A DNA stretch of 64,000 bases, taken from an uncultured Acidobacteriota bacterium. GTDB lineage: Bacteria > Acidobacteriota > Terriglobia > Acidiferrales > UBA7541. The position numbers and the translations under genes are program-made. Positions 55,882-64,000 of this stretch are shown here, one piece after another. Location: NCBI GenBank assembly GCA_963790855.1, contig CAWBPZ010000007.1:236949-300948 (forward strand), given 5' to 3'. The notes beneath the pieces were generated by a model. That model had not been told where the DNA came from. It saw only the letters and a list, made by a program, of their open reading frames with translations, and did not search any database. How positions within the stretch are numbered: the first letter of the stretch is position 1; each line of letters starts with the position of its first letter.

Positions 55882-55989
55882 GCGCTTCGGCGGTGCTCTT
55901 GTGAACCTGCTCCCGGCTCAATTGAGCGCGAGACGCATCGAACAGAAGCATATCCCGGCGATCTTTGCGATGCCGAGGCCACTGAACAC

Positions 55990-57264
55990 ATGAAGCTAGA
56001 GACGATCGCGATTCACGTAGGATACGACGGCGATCCCACGACGAAAGCCGTGGCCGTGCCGATTTATCAGACTGTTGCGTTCGAGTTTGACGACGCGGCG
56101 CACGGCGCGGCTTTATTCAATCTGGAAGTTCAGGGAAACATCTACACGCGGATCGGGAATCCGACCAACACAGTGCTGGAAAAGCGAGTTGCCGCCCTGG
56201 AGGGCGGCGTGGAAGCGCTGAGCGTAAGCTCTGGAATGGCGGCGATTCATTATTCGCTGATCAACATCGCCGAGATGGGCCACAACATCGTTTCGCTTCC
56301 GCAGCTTTACGGCGCCACGTACACGCTGCTCGCACACATTCTGCCGAAGCAGGGAATTGCCGGGCGATTTGCAGAAAACGACAGTCCTGAAGCTGTCGAA
56401 AAGTTGATCGACGAGAATACGCGCGCGGTTTTTTGTGAAAGCGTCGGCAATCCGGCCGGAAACGTTGCGGACATCGAAGGACTGGCGCGAGTAGCGCACA
56501 AGCACGGAGTGCCGCTGATCGTGGACAACACGGTGGCAACGCCAATTCTGCTGAGGCCGTTTGAGTATGGCGCGGACGTGGTGGTGCACTCGATGACGAA
56601 GTTCATGGGTGGGCACGGGACCACGCTGGGCGGAATGATTGTGGATAGCGGAAAATTTCCGTGGCGCGAACATCCGAAGCGATATTACATGTTGAACGAG
56701 CCAGAGATTGCGTATCACGGCGTGGTGTACACCGAACATTATGGCCCGGCCGCTTATGTGGCGCGTTGCCGAACGGTCGCACAGCGTAATACGGGATCTA
56801 CACTGTCACCGTTCAACGGATTTTTGTTGCTGCAGGGAATTGAAACGATGGCGCTGCGCGTGGAGCGCCATGTGGAAAATGCGCAAAAGGTGGCGGAGTA
56901 TCTGCGCAGTCACGAGCGAGTGGCGTGGGTGAACTACGCCGGATTCCCGGACAGCCCGTTGTATCCGATGGCACAAAAGTATCTCGGCTCGAAGCGATGT
57001 TCGCTGATGACTTTTGGCGTGAAAGGCGGATTCGAGCAGGGCGTGAAGTGTTTTGATGCGCTGCGTTTGTTCAAGCGCATGGTCAATATGGGAGACGCGA
57101 AATCGCTCTCCTGCCACCCTGCCTCTACCACGCATCGTCAACTAACACCGGAAGAGCAAGCGAAAGCAGGTGTGACGCCGGAAATGATCCGGCTCAGCGT
57201 GGGCATCGAACACATTGACGACATCATCGCGGACTTGGCGCAGGCGCTCGACAAGGCGCGGTAG
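55990..57264 (+). CDS. metY: O-acetylhomoserine sulfhydrylase (PLP-dependent)
   Basis: VAVPIYQTVAFEF, SGMAAI and HSMTKFMGGHGTTLGG (PLP lysine). Confidence 0.9.
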   Translation: MKLETIAIHVGYDGDPTTKAVAVPIYQTVAFEFDDAAHGAALFNLEVQGNIYTRIGNPTNTVLEKRVAALEGGVEALSVSSGMAAIHYSLINIAEMGHNIVSLPQLYGATYTLLAHILPKQGIAGRFAENDSPEAVEKLIDENTRAVFCESVGNPAGNVADIEGLARVAHKHGVPLIVDNTVATPILLRPFEYGADVVVHSMTKFMGGHGTTLGGMIVDSGKFPWREHPKRYYMLNEPEIAYHGVVYTEHYGPAAYVARCRTVAQRNTGSTLSPFNGFLLLQGIETMALRVERHVENAQKVAEYLRSHERVAWVNYAGFPDSPLYPMAQKYLGSKRCSLMTFGVKGGFEQGVKCFDALRLFKRMVNMGDAKSLSCHPASTTHRQLTPEEQAKAGVTPEMIRLSVGIEHIDDIIADLAQALDKAR

Positions 57265-57306
57265 ATTTATCGGGATCGTATTGCGTAGCAGCTTGGGAGA
57301 ACTGAA

Positions 57307-58368
57307 ATGTCCATCGTGATCGACGGAGGGAGAGTTCCGAAGCTTCTGTCGCGGAAGAATGCACCCAACGTTGCGTCCAACGGTGCGCGGCCAGCTGGAA
57401 AACAGGAAGCTTCAGCGGAACACCTGCGAATCGCACTGATCAACAACATGCCGGATTCCGCCCTCGAAGACACCGAACTACAATTCTTCGATTTGCTCGA
57501 ATCCGCAGCTAGTGATTTGCCGCTGTCCCTCAAACTTTACTCGCTGCCGGAACTTCCAAGAAGCGACGCGGGACAGCAGCATCTGTGCAACTTCTACCAT
57601 GGCATCGATGATCTTCTGAACAGCCGTTTTGATGGAATGATTATGACGGGCACTGAACCGCGCCAGCCCGATTTGCGCAACGAACCTTATTGGGCTGTGC
57701 TGTCCGAAGTTCTGAATTGGGCGGAACGTAACACGACTTCGACGGTGCTTTCCTGCCTGGCGGCTCACGCGGGGGTGCTGCATAGCGACGGCATTCCACG
57801 TCATCGCCTCGGCGACAAGCAATTCGGGGTATTCGAATATCAGAAGCTTCAGCGCCACACGCTGACGGAGGACATCGAAGGCACCATGCAAATTCCGCAT
57901 TCGCGCTGGAACGAAGTGCGAGCGGAAGCGCTGACAGAGAGTGGTTATGAAATCCTGACGCAATCAGCAGAGGCGGGTGTTGATCTATTTGTGAAAAAGA
58001 AAAAGGACAGCCTGTTTGTGCATTTCCAGGGTCATCCGGAGTACAGCGTGCGGACGCTGCTGAAGGAATACCGCAGAGACATAAAGCGATTTCTGAAACG
58101 AGAAAGAGAAACCTATCCCACGATGCCGCGTGGATACTTCGGCGTTGAGGCGGCCGAATTGCTGGCGGATTTTCGAAAAGCTGTGGAAGCGGATCCACGC
58201 GAAGATCTGATGGCAAAGTTTCCTGAAGCTGCGGTAGCCGAGGCGCTGCGGGGAACCTGGCAAGCGTCAGCAGCGTCGGTGTATCGCAATTGGCTGCGGT
58301 ACCTGCAATCAAGAAAGGCTGAAGCCTCGGCAACGTTTTCTGCAATGACTTCCGGCGTACACGGGTAA
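57307..58368 (+). CDS. metA: Homoserine O-acyltransferase, MetA family
   Basis: LRIALINNMPDSALEDTE, FDGMIMTGTEP, the catalytic Cys region STVLSCLAAH, HSRWNEV and FQGHPEY. Confidence 0.85.
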   Translation: MSIVIDGGRVPKLLSRKNAPNVASNGARPAGKQEASAEHLRIALINNMPDSALEDTELQFFDLLESAASDLPLSLKLYSLPELPRSDAGQQHLCNFYHGIDDLLNSRFDGMIMTGTEPRQPDLRNEPYWAVLSEVLNWAERNTTSTVLSCLAAHAGVLHSDGIPRHRLGDKQFGVFEYQKLQRHTLTEDIEGTMQIPHSRWNEVRAEALTESGYEILTQSAEAGVDLFVKKKKDSLFVHFQGHPEYSVRTLLKEYRRDIKRFLKRERETYPTMPRGYFGVEAAELLADFRKAVEADPREDLMAKFPEAAVAEALRGTWQASAASVYRNWLRYLQSRKAEASATFSAMTSGVHG

Positions 58369-58542
58369 CGTCGAGCGAGCCGGGTGTGCGGAGACCCTGC
58401 TGGATCACCTGCTAGTCAGTACGCCATCAGTCCCTACGCTTCGATGCCGTTCATGATTTTCCTGTGACTGACTCGCCAAGCCAATGGGCTACCAGCAAAC
58501 AAAGGCCCAGGCGACATCTGAATACCACGAGCGGTAATATAG

Positions 58543-60117
58543 GTGCCCATGACCGACCGCCAGAACTCCGAACTCCTGGACTCACTGCCCGTAAGCATCA
58601 GCGATGTCATAAGACCCTGGGCAGAACGCTCCCCTGACAGGTTAGCCCTAGCCGAACCCAGTGGCGCGTGGACCTACTCACAATTGGACGCAGCAGTTAC
58701 CGAAACGCGCGCGTGGCTTCGCGACTCGGGCGTCCGGCCAGGCGATCGAGTCATGCTGGTGTGCGAGAATTGCCGGGCATTTGTGGCGATTTTCCTGGCG
58801 TTGGCGGGGATGGATGCATGGCCGGTGCTCGCTAACGCGAGACTTTCGCCTCGTGAGATTGACGACATTCGAGATCACTGCGGGGCGCGACGTGTGATTT
58901 ATATGACCAGTGTCTCGCCGCTCGCCACACAGCACGCCAAACGGCATGGTGCAGCGATCGCAGAAGCCGCGGGATTGGGTCCGATAGGACTGGGACCTTT
59001 GAACGAAACGGTCGAGCCCGATCTGATCGAGACGAGCAGAACTGGTCGTGTAGCCGCACTGATCTATACTTCCGGCACCACAGGCCTTCCGAAAGGCGTG
59101 GTGTTGACCCACCGCAACTTGTTATTCATCGCCGCGGTTTCAGCGCAGATTCGTTCGCTCACTCCGGAGGATCGGCTTTACGGTGTTCTGCCGATGTCAC
59201 ACGCAGTAGGACTCTCCGTGGTTCTGCTAGGGGCGCTACTGAGCGGCTCGGCGCTTTATTTGTCGTCGCGCTTCGACCCTGTCCAGGCGCTCAAGAGCTT
59301 GGAACGGGACCGGATTACTGTGCTGCTGGGCGTGCCGTCGATGTTTGCGTTATTGGTTGAATATGCAAACACAAAAGGGCTGAGAGTGTTGAAATTTCCG
59401 GACCTTCGTATTATTTCGTCTTCGGGCGCACCGCTGCAGCCCGCCGTCAAGTCGGCCGTCGAGGGGCTTCTGGGCATGCCGCTGCATAACGGCTACGGTG
59501 TGACCGAGTGTTCGCCCACCGTTGCACAGGCCAGAGTTGATGAGCCGCGAAGCGATCTCTCGGTGGGCCGAGTGCTTCCGGGAGTTGAAATTGTACTGAT
59601 GGGAACAGATGGCAACCACGTCGCAGAGGGAGATGTCGGCGAACTGTGGGTGCGCGGGCCAAACATTGCGAAGGGTTACTACCGCGCTCCCGAAGAAACT
59701 GCGAAGGCGATCAACGCGGAGGGGTGGTTCAATACGCGCGACCTGGCCCGTTTGGAGGATGGAAATCTTTTTATCGTGGGGCGCACGAAGGAATTGATCG
59801 TTCGCTTTGGAGAGAATGTCTACCCTGCAGAAGTCGAGGCAGTGCTAAACGCTCATGCGTCCGTGGTGCGGTCCGCAGTGATTGGCCGATCGGTTCAAGG
59901 ACTGGAAGGGGGTGAGGAGGTGATCGCCTACATCCAGCTCTCGCCCGATTCGCCGGCGACGACCGCCGAATTGGCGGATTATGCCGCGCGGAACCTGGCG
60001 CCTTACAAACGGCCGTCACATTTTCTGCTGGTGGATTCCATGCCGCTAACGCCGACGGGAAAAGTTAAGAAGGACGAGCTTAGGAAGATGGCAGTGTCCC
60101 CTGCTCCGCCACGATAA
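58543..60117 (+). CDS. Acyl-AMP/acyl-CoA ligase (class I adenylate-forming enzyme)
   Basis: LIYTSGTTGLPKGVVLTHRNL, NGYGVTE, WFNTRDLA and PLTPTGKVKK. The start is GTG 58543 or ATG 58549. Confidence 0.85.
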   Translation: MPMTDRQNSELLDSLPVSISDVIRPWAERSPDRLALAEPSGAWTYSQLDAAVTETRAWLRDSGVRPGDRVMLVCENCRAFVAIFLALAGMDAWPVLANARLSPREIDDIRDHCGARRVIYMTSVSPLATQHAKRHGAAIAEAAGLGPIGLGPLNETVEPDLIETSRTGRVAALIYTSGTTGLPKGVVLTHRNLLFIAAVSAQIRSLTPEDRLYGVLPMSHAVGLSVVLLGALLSGSALYLSSRFDPVQALKSLERDRITVLLGVPSMFALLVEYANTKGLRVLKFPDLRIISSSGAPLQPAVKSAVEGLLGMPLHNGYGVTECSPTVAQARVDEPRSDLSVGRVLPGVEIVLMGTDGNHVAEGDVGELWVRGPNIAKGYYRAPEETAKAINAEGWFNTRDLARLEDGNLFIVGRTKELIVRFGENVYPAEVEAVLNAHASVVRSAVIGRSVQGLEGGEEVIAYIQLSPDSPATTAELADYAARNLAPYKRPSHFLLVDSMPLTPTGKVKKDELRKMAVSPAPPR

Positions 60118-60156
60118 TCTATCGCATAGGCCGGGTGAGCTTGACGGAAAATCGCC

Positions 60157-60305
60157 ATTAGCAGTTTGTTGAAAAAGGCTCCTGAACTCGCCATTACGAG
60201 CGCAGCGAGGAATTCCTCACCGCTAAAACCCAACAAAAAGAGAGATTCCGTGTCGCAGCGCACCTCGAAATGACGACCCGAAAGAGTTTTTCAACAAACT
60301 GTTAG
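60157..60305. repeat. Imperfect palindromic element of about 150 bp (MITE/REP-like, or a long bidirectional terminator)
   Basis: Perfect 15-nt arms CAGTTTGTTGAAAAA (60162-60176) and TTTTTCAACAAACTG (60287-60301). Arm similarity continues inward for about 55 nt per side. There is an internal 12-bp palindrome GAGGAATTCCTC (60207-60218). It lies between convergent genes. Confidence 0.6.
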
Positions 60306-60337
60306 TCGCCTGGACGACCTGAGCTGCACTGAGACTA

Positions 60338-61885
60338 CTACAGCGGAACTTCAATCAACGTGGGGCCGTCGGTTTCAAATCCTTCTCTCACTGATTTGGC
60401 GAATGCGTCCAGAGTGGTTACGCGGGTGGCGGGCACGCCCATGCCTTGTGCGAGATGGACCCAGTCCAGAGTGGGATGACCTATATCGAATAATTTCGCA
60501 GCGCGCGGGCCGGGCGCGCCGACGCCGATCCCCGAATATTCGCGTTGCAGCACAGCGTAGGTACGATTGGCGAACACCACGTTTGTGACGTTCAATCCTT
60601 CACGCGCCATGCTCCAGAGGCCTTGCAACGTGTACATGCTGCTGCCGTCCGCGGTAAGGCAGAGCACGCGTCGCGTGGGGCACGCTACGGCGGCACCTAC
60701 CGCCAGCGGCAGAGCGATGCCGATGGAGCCGCCTGTATTTCCAAGCCAGTCGTGCGAAGGAGCTCCCACTGTCGCGGCCATGATGCCTCGACCGGAGGTC
60801 ATGGCTTCGTCCACCACGATCGCATTTTCCGGGAGCAGCGCGCCGATCACGGTGGCCAGACCGCCTAAAGTAATTTCGCCGCTGGGCCGCGGCGGCCGCT
60901 CCGCTTTCTCGGTCAGTATTGGCCTGCGGTTTTGCAGCGACAATTCCGCGACAAGCGCGTGCAGTGCGCCGATATAGTCTTCTCCGGGACTTGCAAGCGT
61001 GTGGATTTCACATTCTGGTGAAGTTAACACACCACTTTTGCCAGGATAAGCGAAGTACGAGACTGGGGCCGCTGCGCCAACGAGAATCAGGTGGCGAATT
61101 TCTTTGAGCAGATCGGTGGCCTGCTCCGGCATGTAGGGAATGCGCTGCACATTGGGCGTGCCAGCGCCGCGCTCGACGCGGGTGATTGGGTAAGGAGCGA
61201 GAAGCCTGGAGCCCGTGGCCGCGGCGATTCGACCTGCTGCCGTGAGTCCTTCGCCGTAAAGCGCATTCCCGGTGAGCAGCAGTGCTGCAGGCGAGCCTGA
61301 CCGAAGTATGGATGCGGCGCGATTGACGGCATCAACAGACGGAAGCGGCGGTCTGGGTATAGCGGGAATTGCGGCGACGGCAGCTCCGTCGGTCCAGGCC
61401 ACATCAGCCGGAACGATCACCGTGGCGATTTGCCCAGGTGCCGTGCGCGCGGCAACAATGGCCTCTGCGGCGTCCCGGCCGATCGCAGATGCCGCAGAAG
61501 ATGTGCGCAGCCATTTGGAATACGGGCGCGCGATCGCTTCGATATCAGAAGTAAGCGGCGCGTCGTATTTCAGGTGATGCGTCGCATGTTGACCGATGAT
61601 GTTTACGATCGGAACTTCCGCTCGGCTGGCGTTGTGCAGATTCGCAACGCCGTTCGCCAAGCCAGGGCCCAGATGCAGCAACGTGCAGGCCGGTTTTTCA
61701 GTCATGCGCGCGTAGCCGTCCGCTGCGCCCGTTACGACTCCTTCGAAGAGAGCGAGCACGCAACGCATCTCCGGCACGCGATCGAGCGCCGCGACCATGT
61801 GCATTTCGGAGGTGCCGGGATTCGTGAAACAGGTGTCAACTCCTCCAGCAATCAGCGTGCGGATTAAACTTTCTGCGCCGTTCAT
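60338..61885 (-). CDS. Thiamine-diphosphate-dependent enzyme (acetolactate synthase large-subunit-like)
   Basis: N-terminal GVDTCFTNPGTSEMH and GAADGYARMT; C-terminal TPP motif GGSIGIALPLAVGAA...LTADGSSMY. Confidence 0.85.
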   Translation of the reverse strand: MNGAESLIRTLIAGGVDTCFTNPGTSEMHMVAALDRVPEMRCVLALFEGVVTGAADGYARMTEKPACTLLHLGPGLANGVANLHNASRAEVPIVNIIGQHATHHLKYDAPLTSDIEAIARPYSKWLRTSSAASAIGRDAAEAIVAARTAPGQIATVIVPADVAWTDGAAVAAIPAIPRPPLPSVDAVNRAASILRSGSPAALLLTGNALYGEGLTAAGRIAAATGSRLLAPYPITRVERGAGTPNVQRIPYMPEQATDLLKEIRHLILVGAAAPVSYFAYPGKSGVLTSPECEIHTLASPGEDYIGALHALVAELSLQNRRPILTEKAERPPRPSGEITLGGLATVIGALLPENAIVVDEAMTSGRGIMAATVGAPSHDWLGNTGGSIGIALPLAVGAAVACPTRRVLCLTADGSSMYTLQGLWSMAREGLNVTNVVFANRTYAVLQREYSGIGVGAPGPRAAKLFDIGHPTLDWVHLAQGMGVPATRVTTLDAFAKSVREGFETDGPTLIEVPL

Positions 61886-62211
61886 ATTGGTTAGGCTCTA
61901 TTCCTCCAAATTCGTTTTCGAAAATCCGGCAGACGATGTTATCACCTTCCGTCAATACGCCGGCTGCCCGCATTTGTGTGGAAACATAGCGCAACGTATA
62001 CCGCAGCCCGCTACACCTACCTGCCTGGAATCATCCAATTGCTGCTGCTTCCTGCCAGGTGCGGATGGTTTCGCGAAGTCCAGAGTACCGGATGGAGCGC
62101 CCGCTGCGCGACGCAAACGTGATTGTGAGGTTGAATCCATGGACGTCTGGCGCGTGCGGTGTGAAGGCCGGCGGATTCTGGCGGATTACCCAGGGTCGCG
62201 ACAATCGGCTT

Positions 62212-63288
62212 TCAATCGCGCGACGATTCACGCAAATACCTTGAGATGACCGAGCCGAGGTCTTCAAAGTGCGTGCCGACGATTCCGAGATGGTCGCCTG
62301 GGACAGTCTCGCATTCAATTTTTTCCGCCAGTTTTGACCAGATCGCGACGGGATCTTTTGGAAAGTCGGTAGGAAGCTCGGCTCTCACAAACTGGATTTT
62401 GCCGGCGTAGTGGCGCGGCTGATATCGGCTCAAAGCCAGGTAAGCGGTGTCGCGCGCGCGCTGCATGATGGGAGAAACTATTCCAGCATTCGGTAGTTCG
62501 TTCCGCGAGGTTCCGTTGCCGTTGGAGCTGATGATTCGCGCAAAGTAGAACCTGCGTCTGGAGGGAAGCATGATGTATGAAACTGCATCACGAAAAGGCA
62601 GTTGGCGCAGGGTTTGAATTCGATGCTTGGCGACGCGCGCGGCGAGGCGCAGGCGCTGCCCCAACGGCAGAAACTTCGAATAAGGGTAAGACTCAAGCAT
62701 GGCCAACAGCGCGATCCGTTCGCCGTCTTGCTTAAGGCGCTGCGCCATTTCCAGGGTGACGAGACCGCCGAGCGAATAGCCTACCAGGTAGTAGGGACCG
62801 TGCGGTTGAATTTCCTTAATTGCATTGAGATAAAACTGCGCCAATTCCTCGATTCGATCGAACGGTTCGTCCACTCCGTCAATTCCACGAGCCTGCATGC
62901 CATAGATCGCTTGCGGTGAGTCGATATACTTCACCAGCTGGTAGAAATCGATCACGCTGCCGCCCAGGCCGTGGGCTATGAAGATCGGGGTTTCGTCGTT
63001 GCCCGGCTTGAGCAACACAAGCGCAGGAAAGCGCGATGCTGAGGGACGTTCCAGCTCTGCTGCCAGCGCCGCAATCGTCGGCGCCTGGTAGATCATTACG
63101 GGCGGCATTTCCCGGCCGAACGCTTGCTCAATTTCAAAGAAAAGATTGACCGCGAGCAGGGAGTCGCCGCCCAGATCGAAGAAATCGTCGTTGAGTCCGA
63201 TTGGCGAACGCCGCAGAACGCGCTCCCAGATCGGAATAAGCTGGTCGATTGCCACAGAGCTGGAGGTAGTCTTCACTTCGAATCTCAT
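62212..63288 (-). CDS. Stand-alone carrier protein / thioesterase di-domain (PCP-TE)
   Basis: Phosphopantetheine site FFDLGGDSLLAV, then a type-I TE with IFIAHGLGGS, LVGYSLGG and a late GDHL. Confidence 0.8.
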   Translation of the reverse strand: MRFEVKTTSSSVAIDQLIPIWERVLRRSPIGLNDDFFDLGGDSLLAVNLFFEIEQAFGREMPPVMIYQAPTIAALAAELERPSASRFPALVLLKPGNDETPIFIAHGLGGSVIDFYQLVKYIDSPQAIYGMQARGIDGVDEPFDRIEELAQFYLNAIKEIQPHGPYYLVGYSLGGLVTLEMAQRLKQDGERIALLAMLESYPYSKFLPLGQRLRLAARVAKHRIQTLRQLPFRDAVSYIMLPSRRRFYFARIISSNGNGTSRNELPNAGIVSPIMQRARDTAYLALSRYQPRHYAGKIQFVRAELPTDFPKDPVAIWSKLAEKIECETVPGDHLGIVGTHFEDLGSVISRYLRESSRD

Positions 63289-63355
63289 CGAGCCGAGTCA
63301 AAATTGTTCATCTGTACATGCCCGATAGAATTAGGAGTTTCAAGTTTATTGCCGA

Positions 63356-64000
63356 TCATGAATGTGCGAACGCCCAATAAAGTTCCCGTGCCTTCGTGTA
63401 CAACGGACCGAATGGGAGCGGACGATTGTCAATCCGGGTGACCGGGACAACTTTTGAATAATTTCCCGTGGAGAATATTTCATCTGCTGCTTGAAAGTTT
63501 TGATAGGTCAGAGTTTTTTCGATCACCGTCACGCCGCTATCGCGCAGCAGCCCGATGACCCGCTGGCGAGTGATGCCGGCCAGAAACGTTCCGTTGGCAA
63601 TTGGCGTGTAAACTATGCCGTCCTTCGCCATAAAAATATTGGAAGTAGCCAGTTCGGCGACGTTGCCGAGCATGTCGCACACAATCGCGTTGTCGAATCC
63701 TCGTGCTTGCACGTCAAAGAGAGCGCGCGCGTTGGTCGGGTAGAGGCATCCGGCTTTCGCGTCCACCGGCATCGTCTCCACCGTCGGGCGTCGGTAGCGA
63801 GACAAGGTTACCGAGAAGCCTTTTGGCGGGCGCATTGGCGCTTCATAAATGGAAAGGCACCATCGCGTTGATTCGGGATCGTGCGCCTGGACCCACGGTC
63901 CCTCTTTCTCGGCCCAATACATGGGTCGGATGTAAAGCGCGGCGTCTTTATCGAATCGGGTGCATCCTTCTCGCGCGAGCTTGATCCAGGTTTCCGTTGA
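63356..64000 (-). CDS. Class IV (branched-chain/D-amino-acid) aminotransferase, C-terminal part; 5' end lies outside the window
   Basis: The frame is open to position 64000 (…DKDAALYIRPMYWAE). NIFMAKDGIVYTP, GITRQRVI and EIFSTGNYSKVVPV are present. Confidence 0.8.
   Translation of the reverse strand, partial: STETWIKLAREGCTRFDKDAALYIRPMYWAEKEGPWVQAHDPESTRWCLSIYEAPMRPPKGFSVTLSRYRRPTVETMPVDAKAGCLYPTNARALFDVQARGFDNAIVCDMLGNVAELATSNIFMAKDGIVYTPIANGTFLAGITRQRVIGLLRDSGVTVIEKTLTYQNFQAADEIFSTGNYSKVVPVTRIDNRPLPFGPLYTKARELYWAFAHS

Noticed and set aside
54300-55989. A possible SAM riboswitch upstream of the monooxygenase-metY-metA genes.
   Set aside because: Fragments resemble S-box pieces: ATTGCAACC, GAAGGCACTATCC and GAGAGGGATTAGCCC at 54613-54627. 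They are in the wrong order and spacing for the four-way junction, and the last one abuts the start codon. No SAM-II-like AAAGCU core was seen upstream of metY.
62031-62211. The minus-strand translation ...ITFASRSGRSIRYSGLRETI... looked like a relic of an AMP-binding enzyme C-terminus (T.SGKI.R..LRE).
   Set aside because: The match covers only about 15 residues and needs an indel. This is too short and degenerate to support without a database alignment.
1-64000. A whole-window look for CRISPR arrays, tRNA/rRNA genes, integrases, transposases, phage genes, toxin-antitoxin pairs and known defence-system enzymes.
   Set aside because: I saw no regularly spaced short repeats, no T-loop consensus (GGTTCGAATCC-like) outside coding frames, and no recombinase, nuclease or ATPase gene pairs. 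This was visual inspection only. tRNAscan-SE, Infernal and defence-system HMMs would be needed to exclude them formally.

Overview
GC-rich bacterial chromosomal segment (high-50s % GC by eye) with about 50 protein-coding genes. I saw no rRNA, tRNA, CRISPR array, integrase, transposase or prophage genes. The protein repertoire (CRTAC1/ASPIC-UnbV protein, PEP-CTERM protein, repeat lipoproteins of DUF1573/choice-of-anchor-D type, HTH-TM-TPR protein, many Tat/Sec-exported enzymes) suggests a soil Acidobacteriota-like genome; this is inference only. Gene order: GT2 fragment; ackA-xfp phosphoketolase pair; exported alpha/beta hydrolase; MscS channel; copper module (small Cys/His protein, Met-rich Tat multicopper oxidase, TolC-like OMF); SPFH protein; GH39; HTH-TM-TPR protein; a redox operon (beta-barrel OMP, cytochrome c, di-haem peroxidase-like lipoprotein, Tat ferritin-like protein) behind a near-consensus promoter and three copies of a 21-bp dyad; NarL-type two-component system coupled to a CRTAC1 protein; CADD/PqqC-like protein; rpiA; DUF4239-like protein; ruvX-mltG followed by two unknown proteins and a 958-aa HEAT/PilZ protein; M28 peptidase; LuxR solo; rfbB; VanZ-LamG fusion; two tandem giant repeat lipoproteins; FAD oxidoreductase; a decayed methyltransferase; ATP-grasp plus aspartate kinase, divergent from a cupin and a tandem Cys-domain protein; acyltransferase-3; PEP-CTERM protein; flavin monooxygenase; metY-metA; and an orphan acyl-AMP ligase / TPP enzyme / PCP-thioesterase / class IV aminotransferase group running off the window. 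The best candidates for undescribed biology are: (1) the triple dyad and its envelope redox operon at 16.2-20.6 kb; (2) the ATP-grasp/Ask and cupin/tandem Cys-domain divergon at 46.6-51.6 kb; (3) the mltG-coupled unknowns plus HEAT/PilZ protein at 27.1-32.9 kb; (4) the paired, recently expanding repeat lipoproteins at 38.9-44.2 kb; (5) the small carrier-protein cluster at 58.5-64 kb. All functional calls come from motifs read by eye in the supplied translations; no database search was run. The ORF track uses the longest ATG/GTG/TTG start, so several starts were trimmed using RBS and signal-peptide logic.
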